A stretch of DNA of 59,062 nucleotides. Source: a virus (lineage: Duplodnaviria; Caudoviricetes). The DNA lies in the IMG/VR virus record IMGVR_UViG_3300037493_000177, positions 1 to 59,062 of that record. One strand, written 5' to 3'. Under the pieces are notes generated by a model. It was not told where the DNA came from. It was given only the letters and a program-made list of their open reading frames with translations, and did not search any database. Numbering within the stretch: position 1 is the first letter of the stretch; each line of letters starts with the position of its first letter. Positions 17,134 to 26,500 of the stretch are shown piece after piece. Both the position numbers and the translations under genes were made by a program.

Positions 17134-20117
17134 TGGATAAGACACCTATTTCTATAGCATTGGAACGACAAATTCCCGAATTTATTCGGGAAGAATATGG
17201 CGTGTTCGTAGATTTTATAAAAGCGTATTATGCTTTTTTAGATCAAACTCAGCAGCGCAATTTAGAAGACATTCGTTCTATTGAAAATACACTTGACGAA
17301 TTTGTAATTAGATTTAAAAAAGAACTTTCAGTAATATTTCCAACAAACACGCTGGAGAATGAAAGATTCATTTTACAACGTATTCGCGAGTTTTATAAAA
17401 CCCGTGGATCTACTGAATCGTTTCAGTTCTTATTTAGAACTCTCTTCAATAAAGAAGCTGAAATATATTACCCATCAAAGCAGATTTTAAGAGCTTCGGA
17501 TGGAAGTTGGATTCAGGAAAGATCACTATTCGTAGAACAATCTTCAGGAGATCTATTCCACTTAGGTGGAAAAATTATAAACATTAACACTGGCATGAAG
17601 AATATTCATGTCTTTTGCCCGCGCGTAGTATACTATCGCGAAAATGTGTATGAAGTTTTTATCGATAGATCTTACATCCAAGATATTTTTGTAGGTAATT
17701 TAGTCTTGTCAGAAGACGGCTTAAACTCTGGCACAATCATTCCATGTCCATCAAAATACAACATTATAACGAGTGGTTCTGGATTTGAAATTGGTTCACT
17801 CTACCATCTACCATCTGAAAGCGGTAATGGGTCATTAGTAAAAATTACTAAAATTGATGCAAATGGTGGCATTAAGAAAATTCAAGTAATTACTTTTGGA
17901 CTAGACTATGAATCTGTGTTTTATGCAAAATTAAGCAATAAAACTCGTCAAGCCTTTTCATACTATACTCCTATTACTTCATTCACAGTTGGGGCTGGTC
18001 ACCCGGCTGGCTTATTTCCAACTAGTTCATATACGACTACAAATCCATATGCTGATGGTACGACTGGTTATATTGATTTAGGTTACATAAACAAACAAAA
18101 TTACTTTGCATATGATAGTGCATATCTACCATCGGGAAATACATCAGAAAAAGTATTTTATGCCGATGGTACATATGTAGGTGAAATCATAGGATCATTC
18201 TATACTAATAATTCTAATGATAGCGTTGTCGATGACACGCTTGCTGAAATTAGAATTGATCTTGGACCGGTTGCAGTATATCCTGGGTATTATTCAAAGA
18301 GTGATGGATTCATTTCCGACGAATCATTTATTCAAGATGGCAAATATTACCAGTTGTTCTCATATGTTATTAAAGTAGAACAACAGATAGAATCTTACAG
18401 CGATATCGTAAAGGCGTTATTGCATCCTGCTGGCTTTGAAATGTTCGCAGAATATAATATCAAAAACACATATTTGGTATCTGCTAGTGCTCTTAATGCA
18501 TTCATCCGTCGTCAATTTACAGATCAGCAATACGCAACTGACGACGATGCTGCAAACGAGGTTTATAAATTTCTTGATGAATTGCAAGCTTCGTATCATA
18601 GTGATACTAACGATATTAAAGATGTAATTAAGAGATTAGAAAATGCAAACGGAGAATTCCAGACTATACTAGAATCTAAGTATTATGATATGCTTAAGGG
18701 TTCTGCTAGTGATCCTATCGAGAATAGTCTTGCGCCAGCTTATCATAATGTTTTAGACGACATTAAAGACGGCATTAAACGCACTAGTGACATTACAAAT
18801 ATACCTACTGACTACGGTGTTGGTAGCAAGAAAGATGCGTTAAAAGGTTCTGCTGCTAATCCAGTCGAGAATAGTCTTGCACCAGCTTATCACGTTGGTA
18901 CTCAAGATATTAAAGATGCACTAAAGGGTTCTGCTAGTGATCCTATCGAGAATAGTCTTGCGCCAGCTTATCATAATGTTTTAGACGACATTAAAGATAA
19001 CGTTAAGCTTACTACCGATATTACTGGTGTCATTACTGATTATGGAGTGGGCAGCAAGAAAGACAATGTTAAACTCACCAGCGATATTACTGGTGTCATT
19101 ACTGATTATGGAGTGGGCAGCAAGAAAGATGCACTAAAGGGTTCTGCTGCTAATCCAGTCGAGAATAGTCTTGCACCAGCTTATCATAATGTTTTAGACG
19201 ACATTAAGGATAACACTAAACTCACTACCGATATCACTGACGTACCTACAGACACCATTGGAAATCGTGATGGAGTTGGCAAAGGCGTTGCTACATACGT
19301 TAGAGATACTAATTACTCTAACTTCGGCAATCTACCAGAGCAGTATCCATTTGTTGCTACGACTGTTACTGCAGAAGCTATTGGAAATCGTAGTGGCGTT
19401 GGCAAAGGTGTTGCTACGTATAGTAGAGATAAGACATATGTAAACTATACTGGCGAAACAAATCCGTTTGATTCTTACTTTCCAATTGTTGAAGATGGAA
19501 GTGAAAAGGACTTTACGCCATCAGTAAAAACTGATTTTGCGGCGTCAGTGGGCGGTGATTGGTCTTGGGATGGTTCAGCATATGTTATGAACTATCCTGA
19601 GATTAGAATTGGCGTTGCTTATATCCGTAACCCAACTGTAACGCCACAGTTTGGAGAAAATCTGTCTTCTCCTACTGATACATTCCCAGATGGATCTACT
19701 CAAGGCTTGACAAAATTTGCATTCTCCGGTGCATCTTGGAATCAAACTCAGACTATCGCAGATGCAATAGGAACTCGTAATGGCGCTGGTCAAGGGGCCG
19801 TCATATACGATAGATCTATCGTGCCGTTGGCGACTGATCTTACTGGCGCTACTACCGATGAATTCCCGAATGGATCTACTCAAGGCTTAGTCAAATGGTC
19901 ATTCTCTGGTACTAGTTGGAGAGATCTTACTGGTGTAACTATTGATTCTACTCCGACACGAGTGAATAGTCCTATATACGCCGATAGTATAAATAATACA
20001 AATACAGGAACATTGTACTATAATGTGTACAATCAAAACGATGCTGCAGATCCTAACTCTTCATATTCATATGAAGCAGGAGGTTATTCAGTACATGACA
20101 CGAGAGCAATCTCTTAA
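17133..20117 (+). CDS. gp7: baseplate wedge initiator gp7-like with repeat-rich C-terminal extension
   Basis: QIPEFIREEY..FVDFIKAYY.FL, FYKTRGS..SF.FLFR.LF, IQDGKYYQLFSYVIK..LLHPAG; lies between gp6 and gp8. Confidence 0.75.
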   Translation: MDKTPISIALERQIPEFIREEYGVFVDFIKAYYAFLDQTQQRNLEDIRSIENTLDEFVIRFKKELSVIFPTNTLENERFILQRIREFYKTRGSTESFQFLFRTLFNKEAEIYYPSKQILRASDGSWIQERSLFVEQSSGDLFHLGGKIININTGMKNIHVFCPRVVYYRENVYEVFIDRSYIQDIFVGNLVLSEDGLNSGTIIPCPSKYNIITSGSGFEIGSLYHLPSESGNGSLVKITKIDANGGIKKIQVITFGLDYESVFYAKLSNKTRQAFSYYTPITSFTVGAGHPAGLFPTSSYTTTNPYADGTTGYIDLGYINKQNYFAYDSAYLPSGNTSEKVFYADGTYVGEIIGSFYTNNSNDSVVDDTLAEIRIDLGPVAVYPGYYSKSDGFISDESFIQDGKYYQLFSYVIKVEQQIESYSDIVKALLHPAGFEMFAEYNIKNTYLVSASALNAFIRRQFTDQQYATDDDAANEVYKFLDELQASYHSDTNDIKDVIKRLENANGEFQTILESKYYDMLKGSASDPIENSLAPAYHNVLDDIKDGIKRTSDITNIPTDYGVGSKKDALKGSAANPVENSLAPAYHVGTQDIKDALKGSASDPIENSLAPAYHNVLDDIKDNVKLTTDITGVITDYGVGSKKDNVKLTSDITGVITDYGVGSKKDALKGSAANPVENSLAPAYHNVLDDIKDNTKLTTDITDVPTDTIGNRDGVGKGVATYVRDTNYSNFGNLPEQYPFVATTVTAEAIGNRSGVGKGVATYSRDKTYVNYTGETNPFDSYFPIVEDGSEKDFTPSVKTDFAASVGGDWSWDGSAYVMNYPEIRIGVAYIRNPTVTPQFGENLSSPTDTFPDGSTQGLTKFAFSGASWNQTQTIADAIGTRNGAGQGAVIYDRSIVPLATDLTGATTDEFPNGSTQGLVKWSFSGTSWRDLTGVTIDSTPTRVNSPIYADSINNTNTGTLYYNVYNQNDAADPNSSYSYEAGGYSVHDTRAIS
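18696..19222 (+). repeat. in-frame array of 81-nt (A) and 66-nt (B) repeats, order A-B-A-A-B-B-A
   Basis: Exact copies: 18696-18769 = 18924-18997 (74 nt); 19016-19063 = 19082-19129 (48 nt); 18846-18892 = 19140-19186 (47 nt). Confidence 0.95.
19988..19995 (+). promoter_or_regulatory. late promoter inside the gp7 3' end
   Basis: Perfect TATAAATA about 140 nt before the 20136 ATG. Confidence 0.65.
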
Positions 20118-20135
20118 TTTTAAAAAGGTATAAAA

Positions 20136-20672
20136 ATGATTTTAATTCCTCAATTCAGAAATATCATCGAATGCGGTGGTACTCTACAAATCGCTCACTT
20201 TGGTCCAGACGGTGAACTCATCGAAGAACGCATGTATTCTAACATCGTTACGACTATTGGTAAACAATGGATCGCAGCGCGTATGAAGACAACTGGTATT
20301 CCACTTGAAATGGGTTACATGGCAGTTGGTGGTAACGCAACAGTTGGTTCAAACCCAACTAAGACTACTCCAGTTATTGCTGATCAAGCGCTTTCAACTG
20401 GTGGCACTCCAGCACTTTCAGAACTAGCTCGCGTTGGTTTGTCTACTTCTGGTGGTACAGTTTCTGGCGCTGTTGTTACATATGCTGCAAATTTTGCAGC
20501 TGGTACTGGTACTGGTTCGTTGATCGAAGCTGGTATCTTCAACGTTGCTAGTGGACCTGTTCAAGGTTCTGGCACAATCACTTCAGCACTACTTTGCAAG
20601 ACTTCGTTTGACGTTGTCAACAAAGCTGCAAACGATTCTATCGCTATCACTTGGACTGTAACCATCCAGTAA
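20136..20672 (+). CDS. virion structural protein, tail-collar/fibre attachment-domain-like
   Basis: NIVTTIGK.WIA, YMAVG, EL.R, EAGIFN, NK...DSIAITWTVT pattern; AAGG RBS; capsid-like codon bias. Confidence 0.65.
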   Translation: MILIPQFRNIIECGGTLQIAHFGPDGELIEERMYSNIVTTIGKQWIAARMKTTGIPLEMGYMAVGGNATVGSNPTKTTPVIADQALSTGGTPALSELARVGLSTSGGTVSGAVVTYAANFAAGTGTGSLIEAGIFNVASGPVQGSGTITSALLCKTSFDVVNKAANDSIAITWTVTIQ

Positions 20673-20720
20673 TTGTTTAATTTGTATTATACTCGTGCAC
20701 GATTAAAAAGAAAATAATAA

Positions 20721-23522
20721 ATGTCAACATCACTACTTAAATTCTCTCTGAAGACCAATTTAGTTAAATCGGTTATATCAGAAATCGTGTCAAACATTAG
20801 TCGTTACTACTACGCATACGGTCATGCTGGTGCCTGGGCAAACGAAACATCTCCAGACGCAGTTTCAGAATCATATGAATATGAAAATGAAACTAGAAAC
20901 GAGATGCTTCTGTACAAGCAGATAGATTCTAATGACATTGCTGCAGTTATTCCAAGAATTAACTGGGTTAGTGGTTACACATTCGATATGTTTAACGAGT
21001 ATAGCAGTGATTACCCAGCATTCTCAGGAGCTACGTCTCTAGAGAATGCTGAGTTTTATTGCCTAACAGACGACTATAACGTCTATAAATGTTTATACAA
21101 TAATAATGATAGTCCTTCTTCGCAAAGACCTATCGGCACAAGTACTGATTCTATGGTAATGGATGATGGTTACATATGGAAATATATGTACACCATTCCG
21201 TTGTCAGTACGCAATAAATTTTTGACTGCAACTACTATGCCAGTAGTTACGGCGTTATCAAATCAATTTTATTCAAAGGGTTCTATTGTCGCATACAATA
21301 TTGAGAATCCTGGTGCAAAATATCCAATAACATCATATAAGATTATTGGATTTAAAATCATAGATGGAGGTTCTGGGTATTCAGTAGCTCCAACAGTTAC
21401 TCTATCAAACCCTAATCAAAGTGGTGGTGTAAGCGCAACAATTTTAAGCGTGACTATTTCTGGTGGACAAGTTACTGGAGTAGCAATGAGTACACAGGGT
21501 TCTGGCTATTCATATCCGCCTATCGTCACTGTTGTAGGATCAGCAACTCGTTCTGCTGTGTTAGAACCAATTGTTGAAAGACTTAGCAGTACATACACAA
21601 ATTTAGTAGTAACTGGTGATGGTTACTTAGAAGAAAATCCATACCAAGTTTCAGGAATATCTATAACCAATGGAGGTAGTGGGTATTCTACTGCACAATT
21701 CTTATTCAAATCTCCTGACCTAACTAATGGTATCATTGCTGTTGCTAATGGAATTATTAGCGACGTTGTTTTACCGGGTACTCTTGCTGCATCTACGTCT
21801 ACGACAACGGTGACAGGAGTTGGCACTAGTTTCTTAACATCGCTGTCGATCAACTCTGCAGTGAAAATAAATGGCATAGTCTACAAAGTAACAGCTGTCA
21901 ATAGCAACACAGTAATTACTATTGATACAGCAATTAGTGTAACAGTTGGAAAGCTAATTTATAAAACAGGCGTAGTAACAGGTGCTATTTTAGGAGCAAC
22001 TACACCGGCCGGATCTTTCATTTCCGGTAGTTCATATAAAGTATCTTCAATTGGCACAACCAATTTTGTGAGTGTAGGGGCTACTACTTCAGCTATTGTT
22101 ACGGGATCAATTGCTACGACGACTCTTACTGTAACTGCAGTTACTTCTGGCTCATTAGCTATAGGAACATACATCACAGGCACTAACGTTACTGCTGGAA
22201 CTTACATTGCGCAACTAGGGACAGGCACTGGCGGCGCTGGAACATACGTCCTCAACAATAGTATGACTGCAGCGTCAACGACTATAACTGGTCAACCACA
22301 ATTAGGAGCTACGTTTACTGCATCTGGTCCTGGAACAGGAACTGGAACAGCAGCGTTATCTATATCAGTTACTGGATACGGATACTCCAAGCCTTTTTAT
22401 TCAGTTACTCAAGATTCAAATGCCAGTAACATCGTATTGTCGAACGTAACCTCGATATCTGGACAAACGGCTTCCGGCTTATCGTTCAATGTGTCAACAC
22501 AGAAAAACGAAGCGCAATTAACTCCATTGATTAATTCTAACGGAGAAATTCAAGGTTTACAAATAACTAAAGCTGGCATAGGATACACCTATGCATTAGT
22601 CAGTGTGGTTTCAACAATAGATAAAGTCAATACTGTGGGATTTGTTGAAGCTTCGATATTATTGAGTTTCGGAATTGGCGATATTGAATCAAGACAGTCT
22701 ACTGTCGAACTAACTGCAGTAAACGGTGCTATACCAGTTATAGATTTAGTATATTCAGGATATGCATATACATCTATTCCAACGGTTACTATTACCGGTG
22801 ATGGAACTGGATGCACAGCAGTTGCTACACTAAATTCAACTGGATCACTGGCTAACATTTTAGTGAATACTCCAGGCATTAATTATACAAAAGCAACAGT
22901 AGCAATTACTGGCGGCGGAGTTGCAAATGGAAGTACGAATCAAGCAACTGCTCATGCAATCATATCGCCTAAAGATGGTCATGGTAAAGACGCCGTCAGC
23001 GAATTATACGCAAAAACATTAGTTCTACATGGCAATTTATCTAAAGAGAAAAACCAATCGTTTTCTTCTACTAATGATTATCGTCAGATTTCTATTATAA
23101 AAAATCCTAAAATCTATGGTAAAAATTCTAATTTGAGAACTGCACTAGCATCGGCGTGCATTACAGCGATTGGTGGTATATCACAAACTGGTGTCAGTTT
23201 AATCGTTAAAGACGACATACTGACATACACAGACACCGCAGTTGTTCCGAATAGAGTCTATTCGTTTAGAGTTATTGAAAAGAACGCAACGTATTCATCT
23301 ACTGAAGCAGCATTCTTATTGTCGTACTTAGATAATTTTATTCCACCAGTCGGATCTACATTAGTTCGAACCTCTGGAACTCCTACAGCATTCAGTACTA
23401 CTAATTTGGTATACCCAGAAGTTAATAAATATTCAGGTGAAATGTTGACTATTGACAACAGAATAAGTTTTTCACCATCTACTCAACAGATAGTAGTAGC
23501 ACTTAACTCAATTACGTTCTAA
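20721..23522 (+). CDS. gp8: baseplate wedge subunit gp8, enlarged by inserted beta-rich domains
   Basis: [66 protein letters not shown]. Confidence 0.85.
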   Translation: MSTSLLKFSLKTNLVKSVISEIVSNISRYYYAYGHAGAWANETSPDAVSESYEYENETRNEMLLYKQIDSNDIAAVIPRINWVSGYTFDMFNEYSSDYPAFSGATSLENAEFYCLTDDYNVYKCLYNNNDSPSSQRPIGTSTDSMVMDDGYIWKYMYTIPLSVRNKFLTATTMPVVTALSNQFYSKGSIVAYNIENPGAKYPITSYKIIGFKIIDGGSGYSVAPTVTLSNPNQSGGVSATILSVTISGGQVTGVAMSTQGSGYSYPPIVTVVGSATRSAVLEPIVERLSSTYTNLVVTGDGYLEENPYQVSGISITNGGSGYSTAQFLFKSPDLTNGIIAVANGIISDVVLPGTLAASTSTTTVTGVGTSFLTSLSINSAVKINGIVYKVTAVNSNTVITIDTAISVTVGKLIYKTGVVTGAILGATTPAGSFISGSSYKVSSIGTTNFVSVGATTSAIVTGSIATTTLTVTAVTSGSLAIGTYITGTNVTAGTYIAQLGTGTGGAGTYVLNNSMTAASTTITGQPQLGATFTASGPGTGTGTAALSISVTGYGYSKPFYSVTQDSNASNIVLSNVTSISGQTASGLSFNVSTQKNEAQLTPLINSNGEIQGLQITKAGIGYTYALVSVVSTIDKVNTVGFVEASILLSFGIGDIESRQSTVELTAVNGAIPVIDLVYSGYAYTSIPTVTITGDGTGCTAVATLNSTGSLANILVNTPGINYTKATVAITGGGVANGSTNQATAHAIISPKDGHGKDAVSELYAKTLVLHGNLSKEKNQSFSSTNDYRQISIIKNPKIYGKNSNLRTALASACITAIGGISQTGVSLIVKDDILTYTDTAVVPNRVYSFRVIEKNATYSSTEAAFLLSYLDNFIPPVGSTLVRTSGTPTAFSTTNLVYPEVNKYSGEMLTIDNRISFSPSTQQIVVALNSITF

Positions 23523-23529
23523 GAAGTTA

Positions 23530-23566
23530 GATAAATATATCAATAGCATAGTAATTACTATGCTAT
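23530..23566 (+). promoter_or_regulatory. late promoter variant followed by a perfect 24-bp palindrome
   Basis: GATAAATA at 23530-23537; ATAGCATAGTAATTACTATGCTAT at 23543-23566. Confidence 0.6.
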
Positions 23567-23592
23567 GTAATTAATTTGCACGAGAGAAAAAT

Positions 23593-26500
23593 ATGGCACT
23601 AGACTTTAACATTGAACCATTCTTTGACGACTATTCTGAAGATGATAAATTTTACAGAATTTTATTTCGTCCAGGATATGCGATTCAGGCTCGTGAACTT
23701 ACTCAGATGCAGACTATTCTGCAGCAGCAGATTAAACGCCAAGGAGACCATTTATTTAAAAATGGTTCGATGGTTATTCCAGGTCAAATCTCATACGACA
23801 ATAACACGCCTTATGTAAAACTGAAGGCCTCAATTTCTTCTAGTAGCACGGTTTCTACTTTCTCTGTTCTTTCTTCTGTAATTGGAAAAACATATCGTGG
23901 CGCTGTTTCTGGAGTAGAAGCAATTGTACTTGCTGCAACACCATTAGAAGTTGTCAGTGGTATCACAGAAGCAGATACTCTTTTTATAAAATATACAAGA
24001 GGCGCTGGCAAATTTAGTTATGGTGAAATCATTTCTCCAACGGACGGATCATCTGGATTAGATTTAATCGTACAAGATCTTGCGATTGATGCTCTAACTC
24101 TTGGAGTTGGTACTACTGCAAGCATTGAACGCGGTATCTATTACATCAAAGATAATTTCGTATTAGTAACTGCACAAACTGCGGTATTGTCAAAATACAG
24201 TTCTTCACCAAGCATTAAAGCTGGACTACAAGTAATCGAAGAGATTAAATACCCAGAAGATGACGGGTATGACGTTCTATTAGATAACGCTCTTGGATCT
24301 CCAAATTATGCGGCGCCTGGTGCTGCAAGATATTACATAGATCTAGTGTTAAAATCAGTTGCGTATGATCTAGTTGTAGATCCATATGAGTTTATTCCAC
24401 TACTTACTCTATTGAATGGCTCTGTTCAATTCATGGTGGATAAAACGGAGTATGCTCAAATTGAGAAAACTCTTGCTCGTAGAACATACGACGAATCTGG
24501 TGATTATACTGTTCGTCCATTTCCAATTCAAGTAAAAGAATATAGAAATAATTACAGAGACTGGGCTGTTGACACGACTTTCATCGTTGGTGATATCGTT
24601 TATCAGAATTTAAGCGCATACAAGTGTATTCTGAACCATACGTCTGCATCAACTGGATCGTTTGCTATTGGTTCTAATTGGATCGAAGATACTACGCCAA
24701 GATACAACTATGGTCTATACACTGGTCCTACAAATAGCACTAGTATTTCAACTGAAATTACTCCGTTGACAACTCTAATGTCACTTGCAGTAGAGCCTGG
24801 AAAGGCATATGTAAAAGGCTATGAAGTTGAAAAAATCGCAACTCAGTATTTGACTATTGATAAAGCACGTACTACATCTGACATTGAAAGCGTTTCACTA
24901 AAAACAAGTCCTGGTAATTACATTATAGTCAATACTGTTAATTATATTCCAGATATCGCAACGGTGATCACATTCTATGATCGCGTTGGCACCGCAGGAG
25001 TATTGCCAGCAGGCGGCGTAGTAGTAGCTACTGCACGAGCTAAACAGATTCAATTGCACGCTACTGGAAAATACAAATTATTCTTGTTCGATATTCAAGT
25101 TGCTGCTGGAAAAAACTTTGGTAGAGATGCTAAGTTTGCTTACTCAGTAACTGGCGCATCAGCATTTCTTAGATTTACTGCACAGATAGAAGCAACACTA
25201 GTTCAGGTTCCTGGCAACTTAGTAACAGCTGCTTCTAGCACTACTATCAATGCAGTGAATAGCACATTCATCAATGACTTTAAAGTTGGCGATTATATTA
25301 ACGTAAGTGGAACAAATAGATTTGTTTCTGCCGTCGTGTCTAATAATCAACTGACTATTGATGTAGCTACTGCAGTATTAGCAACAGCGACAAACATTTA
25401 TCGAGTAGAAACGACTACATATGATCCTACAGGCGTGTTGTCAGTGTATCCTATTCCACGATACGCAACTAATTCTACTCAAAATTTGAAGTATACGTTT
25501 TATAAGAAAGCTCTATCGCAAAGCGCTAGTGTTACTATTACTGAAACTGGATATGTATTTGGAGCATCTACCGATTCTACTAATTATATCGTAGTCGATA
25601 GAGCAACTGGGATACACCAAACTATAACTGCTGGCACTCCAACAGCTGGACAATTTAGAGTTGTAGTAAGTGGAAGTTCTGCTACGTTCACAATGACAGC
25701 TGGTCCTACATATGACATTATCTACGCAATTAGAAAAGCAATAAATGGTTCTGTAGCAAAGCAGAAAGTTCTAACTAATATTACAGAAACAGGTCTCACG
25801 CTGACTTCCGGTTCTGTGACTCTCACAAAGCCAGATGGATTTGAATTAATCAAAGTTATTAATTCGAGCAATGTAAATATCACCTCCAGTTTCACGTTTA
25901 ATGGAGGACAGACTGAAAGCTATTGTGGACTTTCTAGTATTTCGACTACTGCAACAGTCACAGGTGCAATTTCGGTAACATATAGTTACTTAAACCATCT
26001 TGCTGGTGGCGATTATATCGCAGTTAATTCATACACTGCTGGAAGTTCCAATGTTACATACGAAGAACTGCCATCAGTATTCATGAATACGATCGATTTT
26101 CGTCCTCGCACAAATAACGATGGAACATGGGATGGTGCTGTTGTTCCAAAATATGGCGAAGATACTGACGTTGAATACAACTATTATTATGGTAGAATTG
26201 ATAAGTTATCGATTGACACTACTGGTGCGCTTATCATAACTAAAGGAATTCCAGGTGAAAGTCCAAACGAAGCGAAATCTCCGGATAACGCAATGGATCT
26301 ATACTTGTTCTATGTAGAACCATACACGTTCACAGCGGAGTATGGTATCGCTAGTCAAAAGGTTGAAAACAAACGCTATACGATGCGCGATATCGGTAGA
26401 TTAGAATCTAGAATTAAAAACCTAGAATACTATACTTCTCTTTCAATGTTAGAGCAGAATACTATTAATGCAAAATCATATGACAAATACGGCATTGAGC

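Noticed and set aside
18696-19222. Repeat array as a CRISPR array
   Set aside because: Units are in-frame multiples of 3 inside an ORF, with no unique spacers and no cas genes
20693-20702. TCGTGCACGA palindrome before gp8, with TGCACGA also before the VrlC-like gene
   Set aside because: Too short and too few copies to distinguish from chance
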